Of a stretch of DNA of 64,000 nucleotides, positions 30,377 through 42,218 are shown piece after piece. The notes beneath the pieces were generated by a model. That model worked only from the letters and a program-made list of their open reading frames with translations, ran no database searches and was not told the DNA's origin. Both the position numbers and the translations under genes were made by a program. The DNA comes from Bdellovibrionales bacterium (GTDB taxonomy: Bacteria; Bdellovibrionota; Bdellovibrionia; Bdellovibrionales; UBA1609): NCBI GenBank assembly GCA_965261545.1, contig CBDHDF010000011.1, forward strand, positions 896,001 through 960,000, read 5' to 3'. Each line of letters opens with the position of its first letter. Positions within the stretch are counted from its first letter, which is position 1.

Positions 30377-32521
30377 GTTCCTGTCCAGGGAAGAAAGTTA
30401 AGTAGTTTTAAGTATTTACATGCCTTCCCTTTAGATTTTATGCTTTAAAATGGAGTCCATCAAACATAATCCGTGTAAATTCAGTTACTTACATAAAACG
30501 GAAAAATAAAATAAGTTCCCCCCCCTCTCTTGACGAACCTTTCACAGCCCCTCCCTTTCAGTGACTTATGTGGCTATCAACTGGTTACTTGATATGAGAG
30601 GAAGAGTTGGATCAACCTGTGTTTCCACCGTGGTGATTTCAAACCTCCTTCAGGGAAATAACATTACGTTGCGCATCAACTTCAAAAAATACTTGACGTG
30701 TTTTTTCAGAGAAATAATTTTTGATATTTTATTCTTCATTTATTTTTTATGTAGGTTTTAGGAGGCGTGGGAACCTCTCTATGAGGTAGAATTCTTATCC
30801 ATGTTCTCCGAGAACCTCTCTGATTTTTTTCTTCTTAAAAGACATCCTTGCTCACTTTTTTCCCTCAAAAAAACGTATGTTAATATAAAAATTAAAGAGA
30901 AACTTTCACCAAAGGGGGGACTATGCGCCATTTGAAGAAGACACAGTTGGGACTCTTTTCCCAATATCCTAACCACCAACTCAGTACAGAATTGCAGCAA
31001 ATTAATAACATCATTGATCGCCATCCAGAGTTTGCCCATATGGTTCATGAAGACCTTGTTAAAGAAAAGAAAGATTCTGGTGATATTGGTATGACATCGG
31101 AGCAAGTTCTCAAGGTGGCTATTCTTAAATCCATAAGAGGTCTTTCCTATCGTGCGTTAGCCTTTAATCTTGTCGATTCAGTATCCACCAGAGCTTTTCT
31201 GGGCCTTGAATTGGAAGAAAATTACGCTCACTCCACCTTACAGGACTTGATTGTTCAAATAAGTGAAGAAACTTGGGGAATTATTAGCGCCTCTTTAGTT
31301 TCAGATGCAAGAGATCAAAAGATTGAGCCGTGTAAGAAAATGAGATTGGACAGTACAGTGACGAAATCAAATATTCATCATCCAACGGATGCATCGCTTT
31401 TATATGACTGCATAAGAGTTACAGAAAGAGAATTTAAAAAAGTTCGTAAAAATGTCATGAAAGATTTTTGGCGACTTATTTCAAGAGAAGATCTTAAGAG
31501 AGCAAAAACCTTGCTTTACAAAATTAATAATTCCAAAAATGATGCGGAAAGACTACCTTGCTATAAGGAGCTTTTAAAAATCGCTACCAAATTGAACAAA
31601 GGATTACCTGATACCATCAGAAAGATAAAAAAAGAACAAAAATGTGTGAAGATGAATGCTTTGAAAAAGAGTCTAAAACAGTTAGAAAATGTTGCCTTCT
31701 ACCTGGAAAAAATCATCTTTCAAACTCAAAAAAGAGTTATTGAGGGGAAAAAAGTATCTTCTGAAAAAAAGGTCCTATCCATCTTTGAACCGCATACAGA
31801 CATTATTGTAAAGGGGCAAAGAGAAGTCGAGTTTGGGCATAAAATCTTTCTGACCTCAGGGCAAAGCAACATGATTTTAGATTGTCAGATCCCTGATGGC
31901 AACCCCGCAGACTCTGATATGTTTTTAAAAGTTATGAATTCAGTGACACAAACCTATGGGGCTTGCCCTGTAAAAGTAAGTGCAGATGGTGGGTTTGCTT
32001 CAAAAGAAAATCTTGAAGAGGCCAAAGAGATGGGGGCTAAAGATGTTTGCTTCCCAGAAAAAAAAGGAATGAAAATATTAAAGATGGTTAAAAGTGCTTG
32101 GGTCTTTAAAAATCTTCTCAATTGGAGAGCCGGAATAGAGGCTGTTATTTCATTCCTTAAGAGATGTTTTGGTATGAGAGTTGCTTACTGGAAAGGGCAT
32201 GATGGTTTTAAGAGGTATGTAAAGAATGCCGTTTGTGCCTATAATTTTGTTGTCTTGGCAAGACATGAATTATCAACTGTCACCTAAATTTATCCATTAG
32301 GAATAACAGCAATGGACCAGGTCGAAGGTGCTAAAATCTTCCAAAGGTAGGGGTGCGTCTTCAAATCGAAAAAACTAGGGCGCAAGTCGCTTAAAGACCT
32401 TTTTCCCCTTAATCTGTAGAGTTTGTGTGGCAAATCTCCAACTCTCACTCCCCCATTGAGGCATTGGGAGGCTCAATGGGGAGTGTCAGAGAACAAAAAA
32501 TGGGCCTTTCTGGACAGAAAC
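30377..32521 (+). mobile_element. ISC copy 2 (first unit of a tandem dimer)
   Basis: Same ends as copy 1; left flank TACTTA. Confidence 0.92.
30923..32287 (+). CDS. ISNCY/IS5-like transposase
   Basis: Same protein as 16808-18172. Confidence 0.9.
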   Translation: MRHLKKTQLGLFSQYPNHQLSTELQQINNIIDRHPEFAHMVHEDLVKEKKDSGDIGMTSEQVLKVAILKSIRGLSYRALAFNLVDSVSTRAFLGLELEENYAHSTLQDLIVQISEETWGIISASLVSDARDQKIEPCKKMRLDSTVTKSNIHHPTDASLLYDCIRVTEREFKKVRKNVMKDFWRLISREDLKRAKTLLYKINNSKNDAERLPCYKELLKIATKLNKGLPDTIRKIKKEQKCVKMNALKKSLKQLENVAFYLEKIIFQTQKRVIEGKKVSSEKKVLSIFEPHTDIIVKGQREVEFGHKIFLTSGQSNMILDCQIPDGNPADSDMFLKVMNSVTQTYGACPVKVSADGGFASKENLEEAKEMGAKDVCFPEKKGMKILKMVKSAWVFKNLLNWRAGIEAVISFLKRCFGMRVAYWKGHDGFKRYVKNAVCAYNFVVLARHELSTVT

Positions 32522-32527
32522 TAGCTA

Positions 32528-34675
32528 GTTCCTGTCCAGGGAAGAAAGTTAAGTAGTTTTAAGTATTTACATGCCTTCCCTTTAGATTTTATGCTTTAAA
32601 ATGGAGTCCATCAAACATAATCCGTGTAAATTCAGTTACTTACATAAAACGGAAAAATAAAATAAGTTCCCCCCCCCCCTCTCTTGACGAACCTTTCACA
32701 GCCCCTCCCTTTCAGTGACTTATGTGGCTATCAACTGGTTACTTGATATGAGAGGAAGAGTTGGATCAACCTGTGTTTCCACCGTGGTGATTTCAAACCT
32801 CCTTCAGGGAAATAACATTACGTTGCGCATCAACTTCAAAAAATACTTGACGTGTTTTTTCAGAGAAATAATTTTTGATATTTTATTCTTCATTTATTTT
32901 TTATGTAGGTTTTAGGAGGCGTGGGAACCTCTCTATGAGGTAGAATTCTTATCCATGTTCTCCGAGAACCTCTCTGATTTTTTTCTTCTTAAAAGACATC
33001 CTTGCTCACTTTTTTCCCTCAAAAAAACGTATGTTAATATAAAAATTAAAGAGAAACTTTCACCAAAGGGGGGACTATGCGCCATTTGAAGAAGACACAG
33101 TTGGGACTCTTTTCCCAATATCCTAACCACCAACTCAGTACAGAATTGCAGCAAATTAATAACATCATTGATCGCCATCCAGAGTTTGCCCATATGGTTC
33201 ATGAAGACCTTGTTAAAGAAAAGAAAGATTCTGGTGATATTGGTATGACATCGGAGCAAGTTCTCAAGGTGGCTATTCTTAAATCCATAAGAGGTCTTTC
33301 CTATCGTGCGTTAGCCTTTAATCTTGTCGATTCAGTATCCACCAGAGCTTTTCTGGGCCTTGAATTGGAAGAAAATTACGCTCACTCCACCTTACAGGAC
33401 TTGATTGTTCAAATAAGTGAAGAAACTTGGGGAATTATTAGCGCCTCTTTAGTTTCAGATGCAAGAGATCAAAAGATTGAGCCGTGTAAGAAAATGAGAT
33501 TGGACAGTACAGTGACGAAATCAAATATTCATCATCCAACGGATGCATCGCTTTTATATGACTGCATAAGAGTTACAGAAAGAGAATTTAAAAAAGTTCG
33601 TAAAAATGTCATGAAAGATTTTTGGCGACTTATTTCAAGAGAAGATCTTAAGAGAGCAAAAACCTTGCTTTACAAAATTAATAATTCCAAAAATGATGCG
33701 GAAAGACTACCTTGCTATAAGGAGCTTTTAAAAATCGCTACCAAATTGAACAAAGGATTACCTGATACCATCAGAAAGATAAAAAAAGAACAAAAATGTG
33801 TGAAGATGAATGCTTTGAAAAAGAGTCTAAAACAGTTAGAAAATGTTGCCTTCTACCTGGAAAAAATCATCTTTCAAACTCAAAAAAGAGTTATTGAGGG
33901 GAAAAAAGTATCTTCTGAAAAAAAGGTCCTATCCATCTTTGAACCGCATACAGACATTATTGTAAAGGGGCAAAGAGAAGTCGAGTTTGGGCATAAAATC
34001 TTTCTGACCTCAGGGCAAAGCAACATGATTTTAGATTGTCAGATCCCTGATGGCAACCCCGCAGACTCTGATATGTTTTTAAAAGTTATGAATTCAGTGA
34101 CACAAACCTATGGGGCTTGCCCTGTAAAAGTAAGTGCAGATGGTGGGTTTGCTTCAAAAGAAAATCTTGAAGAGGCCAAAGAGATGGGGGCTAAAGATGT
34201 TTGCTTCCCAGAAAAAAAAGGAATGAAAATATTAAAGATGGTTAAAAGTGCTTGGGTCTTTAAAAATCTTCTCAATTGGAGAGCCGGAATAGAGGCTGTT
34301 ATTTCATTCCTTAAGAGATGTTTTGGTATGAGAGTTGCTTACTGGAAAGGGCATGATGGTTTTAAGAGGTATGTAAAGAATGCCGTTTGTGCCTATAATT
34401 TTGTTGTCTTGGCAAGACATGAATTATCAACTGTCACCTAAATTTATCCATTAGGAATAACAGCAATGGACCAGGTCGAAGGTGCTAAAATCTTCCAAAG
34501 GTAGGGGTGCGTCTTCAAATCGAAAAAACTAGGGCGCAAGTCGCTTAAAGACCTTTTTCCCCTTAATCTGTAGAGTTTGTGTGGCAAATCTCCAACTCTC
34601 ACTCCCCCATTGAGGCATTGGGAGGCTCAATGGGGAGTGTCAGAGAACAAAAAATGGGCCTTTCTGGACAGAAAC
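32528..34675 (+). mobile_element. ISC copy 3 (second unit of the tandem dimer)
   Basis: Separated from copy 2 by TAGCTA; right flank TACTTA. Confidence 0.92.
33077..34441 (+). CDS. ISNCY/IS5-like transposase
   Basis: Same protein as 16808-18172. Confidence 0.9.
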   Translation: MRHLKKTQLGLFSQYPNHQLSTELQQINNIIDRHPEFAHMVHEDLVKEKKDSGDIGMTSEQVLKVAILKSIRGLSYRALAFNLVDSVSTRAFLGLELEENYAHSTLQDLIVQISEETWGIISASLVSDARDQKIEPCKKMRLDSTVTKSNIHHPTDASLLYDCIRVTEREFKKVRKNVMKDFWRLISREDLKRAKTLLYKINNSKNDAERLPCYKELLKIATKLNKGLPDTIRKIKKEQKCVKMNALKKSLKQLENVAFYLEKIIFQTQKRVIEGKKVSSEKKVLSIFEPHTDIIVKGQREVEFGHKIFLTSGQSNMILDCQIPDGNPADSDMFLKVMNSVTQTYGACPVKVSADGGFASKENLEEAKEMGAKDVCFPEKKGMKILKMVKSAWVFKNLLNWRAGIEAVISFLKRCFGMRVAYWKGHDGFKRYVKNAVCAYNFVVLARHELSTVT

Positions 34676-35905
34676 TACTTAACTGCAATTTCAGGCTTAT
34701 ATCAACAAAGTTCTAAGGCTAAAAAAGGGGAGTTGCTAGATCATGCGGAACTGGTCACAAACCTCTCTAGGAAGCGACTCATAAGGAGATTAAACGAGAT
34801 TCAACAAAATAATGGCTCTGTGCCACTCAAGCGGTCAGGGAGGCCTCTGGCTTATTCTCAAGAGGAGTTACGACCCCACATCAAATATTTGTGGGAACAA
34901 ATGGAAAAAATCTCGGCTGTACGAATAAAAGCCGCTCTACCGGATTGGCTCCCCAATTATGAGTCGTGTCCTCCCCACTTAAAGCTTCAGTTAGAAAAAA
35001 TGAGTGCCAGCACCTTGAAGCGTTATCTGAAGGAAATTCGCTTGGCTTCATTGGTCTCTAAGGGATTGTCCACAACCTGTCCTGCCCAATATATGAAAAA
35101 TAAGGTTCCCATCAATACACTGGACTCCAAGGTCACAAGGCCTGGTTATATACAAACAGATACGGTTGCTCACTGTGGAACGAGGAACGAGTGCCCAAGG
35201 CCCTTTTATCAGCTCTCTTACAGTGACCGACATTAACACCACATGGACAGAGTGTCGGGCTATGTTTACCAAGAAAGGGACGGAGGTGAGAAGGCAAATC
35301 AACAACATTAACCAAGCTATACCTTTTAAACTACTGGCCATGAACTCAGACTCAGGAAGTGAGTTCTTAAACAAGCCTGTTGTGATCCAATACTTTATTT
35401 TGACGGACTTTTCATGGGTTCCTTTGACCTCGAAGCAATTTTTATGATTTTATCCTGACTGAGTTTAAGTTGTTGAGAGTGATATTTTGATTAGCAAGGT
35501 GTGTCGAGGTGAAGTGAGTGAGAAAAGGATGACTGATTCTCTCTGTTTGGTTTGCTCTCCCGCCTGGTGGTCAAGAAATTAAGAGCACTTGAGATTTCCA
35601 AGTTCTCTTGGGAGGATAATTTCGCTGTATCTGATTTGATGGATTATTTTTGGAAGCCTAGTTCCTGGCATTTAAAGCAGGAGATCCTCCCACAGGTGGT
35701 GGCTACTTGCTTGAATCGACGCAACATCCTGTTGCGGATCTTTCAGTCTCGGGCTCCTGCCCTCGCCCCTCAGCCCCAGGGGGCTTTCGGGTACGACTGA
35801 AAGATTCTTAGTCTCGATTCCACATTGAGAGGAGATTGAGAGGAGCGTCCTATCCAGTGGGACTTTATTTGGCCCCTCAGGGAGAATAACTACCGACCAT
35901 GTAGT

Positions 35906-36709
35906 TTAAATAAGTTCTGTGGCGGCTTGGCGAACATGTTCTTCTGTAATTTGTTCTTCAGAAGCTTTCATACATGCAATCAATGAACCTCTGGCAATCA
36001 AATTGGCTTTTCTTAGCAAGCCTCCAGAGCCCTGCCAAATGGCTGTGACAGCATTATCTGTCATGAGTTTATTCTTGATTCCAGAGATTTTAAGGTGATG
36101 ATCTAGATAATTTCTCATATTTTCTTCATTAAGAGCTGGTAGGTGAGCGTGGGTCATCACACGAGAAGCCAAGGGCAGAGAAGTTCTATACTTCAATTTA
36201 TCAAGAAGGTTATTCTGTCCCACCAAAATAAGTGAGAATCTTTTTTCAGAATCAAAGTTGAATTGGTTAATCGTATGCAATTCAGCAAAGACATCGACTC
36301 TCAATAAGGATGCCTCATCAATGATAACCACAATTTTATTTCTTTGTTGTTCTAATATTTCTGAGATGGCTTCTTTGAATTCCTTAAGAAGGAAGGACCT
36401 ATGGTTTCCTCTTAAATTTAAATTTATACTCCAACACAATTGTCTATATAGCTCACAGGTTGAGCCACTGTTCGCCGTCACATAACAGCTGTTAATTTCA
36501 GATTTGTGGAATTGATCTAAACTCCATCTCATGGCGGTGGATTTTCCGGTGCCAACATCGCCGGTGACGACCATAATTCCACCAATGGAAAGAACATAAT
36601 CCAATCTCTCTTTCACTGCCATTGTTCCAGGTAAAGACATAAGGTCTTTGGATTTAAGATTGTCATTAAAAGGAGAGAACTTCATTCCAAAATATTCAAT
36701 GTATTTCAT
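35906..36709 (-). CDS. ExeA/TniB-like AAA+ ATPase
   Basis: YFGMKFSPF, GDVGTGKST, IIDEA, ILVGQ, LASR. Confidence 0.9.
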   Translation of the reverse strand: MKYIEYFGMKFSPFNDNLKSKDLMSLPGTMAVKERLDYVLSIGGIMVVTGDVGTGKSTAMRWSLDQFHKSEINSCYVTANSGSTCELYRQLCWSINLNLRGNHRSFLLKEFKEAISEILEQQRNKIVVIIDEASLLRVDVFAELHTINQFNFDSEKRFSLILVGQNNLLDKLKYRTSLPLASRVMTHAHLPALNEENMRNYLDHHLKISGIKNKLMTDNAVTAIWQGSGGLLRKANLIARGSLIACMKASEEQITEEHVRQAATELI

Positions 36710-38004
36710 TTCTTACCTCCTGTTTTATCTCCTGAAAATAATTCTCCTGATTTTGGTTTTGTCTCTTTCGTGGCAGAAGTCACCTTTCCATTGCGACCCA
36801 AGTAAAAATTCACATGCCGATCCAATAAATTGGCCTGACCAAAGCTTCTTCCATCAAAGAAAATTTCAACATCTTCGGGAGTCTCTCTGTGGAACTTGAG
36901 TTCCACTCTTCTATCGATCAGGTCTACGGGAGCTTCATATATGGTTCCATTCAAATGAAAAGTTCGATCCTTTTTAACTCGTCGAAATTGAATAAATCGA
37001 AAATAGTCCAATAGATTGGGGGGAGCGGGACGAACACACTTCATATTTTTACGGAATTTCGCCAATGGAGTTTCGCCAGTGGTTCCATGAACTTTGTGGT
37101 GATAACTCTCCACCCAGTCAGAAAATACCTCATTCAGTTCTTCAAGGCTCAAGGTTTTTTCATCGCAGCGAGGAAAGAAGTTTTCCCGTACATATCGAAA
37201 CCAACGCTCCACTTTCCCCCGACCCTGAGGAGTATAAGGAGGAGTGTGAATAATCTGAATACCCAAGGAAGCTGTGACCTGTTCCAAGTTTATAGCCTTA
37301 AAACAAGCCCCATTATCGATATAAAGCTTTTGAGGAAGCCCCCTCTTCTCAACAGCTTTCTTAAGACAATCCTTCATATTCTCAAGCCTTTCGGACTCAT
37401 AAAACTCCCCGTGGGGAATGATGCGAGAATTGTCATCCAATATGGCAATGAGGTAGGATTTTACTTTCTTTCTCTTTTTGCCAACCACAATGGGGCCATG
37501 AAGAACATCTGACTGCCACATTTCATTGGGAGACGAAGCTTCAAAGGACCTACGATCTGTGGACTCTTTTTGTTGCAATTTGTGATGCTTTAAAAATCTA
37601 TAAAGCACACTCATATTGATCTCTTCATTGGTACCAATAGAGCCGCGCTGACGTAGAGCATTGACAAGGGCTATGCCTGTAAAATGTCCCTTTGCCTTCA
37701 TGATCTCTTTAATGACCACTTGGAGAGATTCATCAAGACTTCTAAATTGACCTTGATCCTTGCGATCCGATGGCACAAGCCCCTCTAATCTATTGCCCGA
37801 TCCCTTGTAGTCTGCAATCCATTTTTTTATGGTGGAACGACTCACACGAGTCGATGATGAGTAGGGAACACGATAGCTCTTGGAAGATTTTTCCGTAAGC
37901 AATCTCTCTTTTTCTCCATATTCAAGGCGCAACCCTGTAACAAATTCAGAAATCACTCCGAATCTAAAGGTGGCAACCTCCATTTTCTTGTCCTTATCAG
38001 CCAT
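36706..38004 (-). CDS. IS481/Mu-like DDE integrase-transposase, 432 aa
   Basis: WQSDVLHGP, LDDNSR, YIDNG, PQGRGKVERWF; Mu-like C-terminus; ATGA overlap with the ATPase gene. Confidence 0.9.
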   Translation of the reverse strand: MADKDKKMEVATFRFGVISEFVTGLRLEYGEKERLLTEKSSKSYRVPYSSSTRVSRSTIKKWIADYKGSGNRLEGLVPSDRKDQGQFRSLDESLQVVIKEIMKAKGHFTGIALVNALRQRGSIGTNEEINMSVLYRFLKHHKLQQKESTDRRSFEASSPNEMWQSDVLHGPIVVGKKRKKVKSYLIAILDDNSRIIPHGEFYESERLENMKDCLKKAVEKRGLPQKLYIDNGACFKAINLEQVTASLGIQIIHTPPYTPQGRGKVERWFRYVRENFFPRCDEKTLSLEELNEVFSDWVESYHHKVHGTTGETPLAKFRKNMKCVRPAPPNLLDYFRFIQFRRVKKDRTFHLNGTIYEAPVDLIDRRVELKFHRETPEDVEIFFDGRSFGQANLLDRHVNFYLGRNGKVTSATKETKPKSGELFSGDKTGGKK

Positions 38005-39067
38005 TTTGACCTCTCTTTCTTTGATTTAATTTCCGTTATTGGAAATCTTTCTTGAAATAAGAGATACACAACTTCCTGACTCTTTGTTAATGACAAGAAA
38101 CGGTAGGTTGAAAATAAATGGGAGCACTGGCAAACTTCGTTAACCAAAAATGTCCAGGTTTTTCTCTTGATAAAAGGCCACTGTGCTAAGTGGATCTTTT
38201 TCTTTCATCAGATTATAAGCCTTAGCGTGATTAAGAAGTTTTTTCAGCCAGTGCCCCGCTCTTTGCCTCGTTGTCCAAAGGGGCCATGCCTTGGGAATCT
38301 TGGGGTTCAGACGATGTCGTAATGCTTCGAAAATACGAGACTTTGTCTCTTGAAAACGACGCCAGAACGACTTGGGTCTTGTCGTTATAACACTGTGGCA
38401 GTGAGGACACCGCCAGCGCTTGAGGTAGACCGCTTCAGAGCATGCAAAAAAGTATCTCTTCACATAGCCATGGCCCAATGCCGTTTCCTTAAGAAAAATC
38501 TCTTGAAATTATTAGATAAATCGACAAGAATAAGACTTGTTTTATTTTACACCCAACCCTCAACCAAGGAGTAAGTCACATGCAATCCAATATTGATCTC
38601 GAAAGCCCCCAAATGACGAGTTCGCGTCACAGATGACCATTTTATCCTACCAAAACTTGATTCTTCCTTCAAGTCAGAGCACCTTGTCGATCCAGAAAAA
38701 CAAAAAAGGAATCGAAAATTTAATCCTCAAATTTTCTTTTTTACCATTATCTATCTTATTTCCGGAACAAATTACGAAGGCTACCAAATCGCTCTTAAGA
38801 CGGTATGGACTCATTTTGGTGACCTGCTTCTCATGCCAGTCAAAAGCAGTCTCAGCAAGATACGTCAAAGTATTTCTTACCTATTTTTCAAAGATATCTT
38901 TGAATCTTTGATTACAGACTACGAACCATTGAGAAAAACGTTTCATGGTTTTTATATCTATGCCATAGATGGCGACCAATTAGCACTTCCTCGCTCTAAA
39001 GATCTTTTAAAGGAGGGTTATTGTGGGTACCCTTGCCCAAATGAGATGGAAACTCATTTCTTACGTA

Positions 39068-41213
39068 GTTCCTGTCCAGGGAAGAAAGTTAAGTAGTTTT
39101 AAGTATTTACATGCCTTCCCTTTAGATTTTATGCTTTAAAATGGAGTCCATCAAACATAATCCGTGTAAATTCAGTTACTTACATAAAACGGAAAAATAA
39201 AATAAGTTCCCCCCCCTCTCTTGACGAACCTTTCACAGCCCCTCCCTTTCAGTGACTTATGTGGCTATCAACTGGTTACTTGATATGAGAGGAAGAGTTG
39301 GATCAACCTGTGTTTCCACCGTGGTGATTTCAAACCTCCTTCAGGGAAATAACATTACGTTGCGCATCAACTTCAAAAAATACTTGACGTGTTTTTTCAG
39401 AGAAATAATTTTTGATATTTTATTCTTCATTTATTTTTTATGTAGGTTTTAGGAGGCGTGGGAACCTCTCTATGAGGTAGAATTCTTATCCATGTTCTCC
39501 GAGAACCTCTCTGATTTTTTTCTTCTTAAAAGACATCCTTGCTCACTTTTTTCCCTCAAAAAAACGTATGTTAATATAAAAATTAAAGAGAAACTTTCAC
39601 CAAAGGGGGGACTATGCGCCATTTGAAGAAGACACAGTTGGGACTCTTTTCCCAATATCCTAACCACCAACTCAGTACAGAATTGCAGCAAATTAATAAC
39701 ATCATTGATCGCCATCCAGAGTTTGCCCATATGGTTCATGAAGACCTTGTTAAAGAAAAGAAAGATTCTGGTGATATTGGTATGACATCGGAGCAAGTTC
39801 TCAAGGTGGCTATTCTTAAATCCATAAGAGGTCTTTCCTATCGTGCGTTAGCCTTTAATCTTGTCGATTCAGTATCCACCAGAGCTTTTCTGGGCCTTGA
39901 ATTGGAAGAAAATTACGCTCACTCCACCTTACAGGACTTGATTGTTCAAATAAGTGAAGAAACTTGGGGAATTATTAGCGCCTCTTTAGTTTCAGATGCA
40001 AGAGATCAAAAGATTGAGCCGTGTAAGAAAATGAGATTGGACAGTACAGTGACGAAATCAAATATTCATCATCCAACGGATGCATCGCTTTTATATGACT
40101 GCATAAGAGTTACAGAAAGAGAATTTAAAAAAGTTCGTAAAAATGTCATGAAAGATTTTTGGCGACTTATTTCAAGAGAAGATCTTAAGAGAGCAAAAAC
40201 CTTGCTTTACAAAATTAATAATTCCAAAAATGATGCGGAAAGACTACCTTGCTATAAGGAGCTTTTAAAAATCGCTACCAAATTGAACAAAGGATTACCT
40301 GATACCATCAGAAAGATAAAAAAAGAACAAAAATGTGTGAAGATGAATGCTTTGAAAAAGAGTCTAAAACAGTTAGAAAATGTTGCCTTCTACCTGGAAA
40401 AAATCATCTTTCAAACTCAAAAAAGAGTTATTGAGGGGAAAAAAGTATCTTCTGAAAAAAAGGTCCTATCCATCTTTGAACCGCATACAGACATTATTGT
40501 AAAGGGGCAAAGAGAAGTCGAGTTTGGGCATAAAATCTTTTTGACCTCAGGGCAAAGCAACATGATTTTAGATTGTCAGATCCCTGATGGCAACCCCGCA
40601 GACTCTGATATGTTTTTAAAAGTTATGAATTCAGTGACACAAACCTATGGGGCTTGCCCTGTAAAAGTAAGTGCAGATGGTGGGTTTGCTTCAAAAGAAA
40701 ATCTTGAAGAGGCCAAAGAGATGGGGGCTAAAGATGTTTGCTTCCCAGAAAAAAAAAGGAATGAAAATATTAAAGATGGTTAAAAGTGCTTGGGTCTTTA
40801 AAAATCTTCTCAATTGGAGAGCCGGAATAGAGGCTGTTATTTCATTCCTTAAGAGATGTTTTGGTATGAGAGTTGCTTACTGGAAAGGGCATGATGGTTT
40901 TAAGAGGTATGTAAAGAATGCCGTTTGTGCCTATAATTTTGTTGTCTTGGCAAGACATGAATTATCAACTGTCACCTAAATTTATCCATTAGGAATAACA
41001 GCAATGGACCAGGTCGAAGGTGCTAAAATCTTCCAAAGGTAGGGGTGCGTCTTCAAATCGAAAAAACTAGGGCGCAAGTCGCTTAAAGACCTTTTTCCCC
41101 TTAATCTGTAGAGTTTGTGTGGCAAATCTCCAACTCTCACTCCCCCATTGAGGCATTGGGAGGCTCAATGGGGAGTGTCAGAGAACAAAAAATGGGCCTT
41201 TCTGGACAGAAAC
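39068..41213 (+). mobile_element. ISC copy 4
   Basis: 6-bp TSD TACGTA, which is single-copy in uninterrupted IS4-A. Confidence 0.93.
39614..40979 (+). pseudogene. ISC transposase, frameshifted in an A-run (A9 versus A8) near 40750
   Basis: Comparison with the other three copies; may be a homopolymer sequencing error. Confidence 0.75.
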
Positions 41214-41465
41214 TACGTATGTATCTATCTCATGCTTATGACGTTTTATCGGGTGTGACAAAGAATCTTTGCTATTCTCCCGCTCTGAACGAAATCGCCA
41301 ATGCTATTCAAATGATAGGTAGTTTTGAGAGTAATTGTACAATTGCGCGTATTGCCCGCACTGGTTGCACCCATTACCCTCACTTTCCCTATTTCAATGC
41401 GTCATTGATGATTTTCCTTCCCATTTCTGGGGAAAATTTTAGTTAATTTGTAATCCTATTTCTTC

Positions 41466-42218
41466 CTATTTTAGGGAAAAGTCCTGGTCAAGTTTTGTTC
41501 CCTGGATTTTTCGATAACTCTCTCCTTTAAGTAAAATTTTTATGGCGGTATGCTTCAAACGGTCGATGATAGTATCTGCCAGCACCTCATCATCAATAAT
41601 TTCTGACCAATGCGTTATTGGCAGTTGAGTGGTAATAACGGTGGACCTATCGGAACGAAACTTTAAAATATCGCAGAAGTCTGTGGATTCACTTTGGGAG
41701 AACTTCCTTAATCCAAAGTCATCAAAAATTAACACTTGGGGGCGGCCCAGACGACGCAAGTAGTTCAAATACCTTCCTGAGTGCCTTTCCAGGGCCAAGG
41801 TTTCTAGAAATATGTTGATGTCTATAAACAGTGTGGAGATTCTGGATTGACAACACTGGTGTCCCAGGCTCTGGGCCAAGAAGGTTTTACCCACCCCCGT
41901 TGGCCCTTCGACAATGATAGACCTTTGCTCCTTAACCCATGATAAAGTTTGAAGCCTATCCACCTCTCTTTTACTAATAGACCTTTTGGCATGGTGGTCA
42001 AATGCCTCACCTCTGACCTTGTGAGGCAGCTTTGAGGTCTTGAGAAGTCTTTGGCTGAATTGGATTTTCCGAGCCTCCACTTCTGCAAATAACAGCTCGT
42101 TCAATAGATCCAATGCTTGAGTCTTGTGGCTTGTGTTATCCAGCGCCACTTCAAGGCTGTCTAACATTCCATAGAGCTTCAACTCATGCATGTGGTTTTT
42201 GATTTGTACTTCATCCAT
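41466..42218 (-). CDS. istB: IS21-family helper ATPase IstB
   Basis: GPTGVGKT, LIFDDFG, TTQLP, TIIDRL. Confidence 0.94.
   Translation of the reverse strand: MDEVQIKNHMHELKLYGMLDSLEVALDNTSHKTQALDLLNELLFAEVEARKIQFSQRLLKTSKLPHKVRGEAFDHHAKRSISKREVDRLQTLSWVKEQRSIIVEGPTGVGKTFLAQSLGHQCCQSRISTLFIDINIFLETLALERHSGRYLNYLRRLGRPQVLIFDDFGLRKFSQSESTDFCDILKFRSDRSTVITTQLPITHWSEIIDDEVLADTIIDRLKHTAIKILLKGESYRKIQGTKLDQDFSLK

Larger units (their letters stand above)
30347..35380 (+). pseudogene. Integrase-core (rve-type) transposase remnant, split by the ISC dimer, frameshifted and 3'-truncated
   Basis: VRESAVNAYL joins TAISGLYQQSSKAKKGELLD...PGYIQTDTVAHCG; a GGAACGA duplication near 35177-35190 shifts the frame; then LTVTDI...NSDSGSEF. 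Confidence 0.75.

Noticed and set aside
40741..40760. Programmed frameshift in the ISC transposase
   Set aside because: Only one of four copies has the extra A, so mutation or homopolymer error is more likely.
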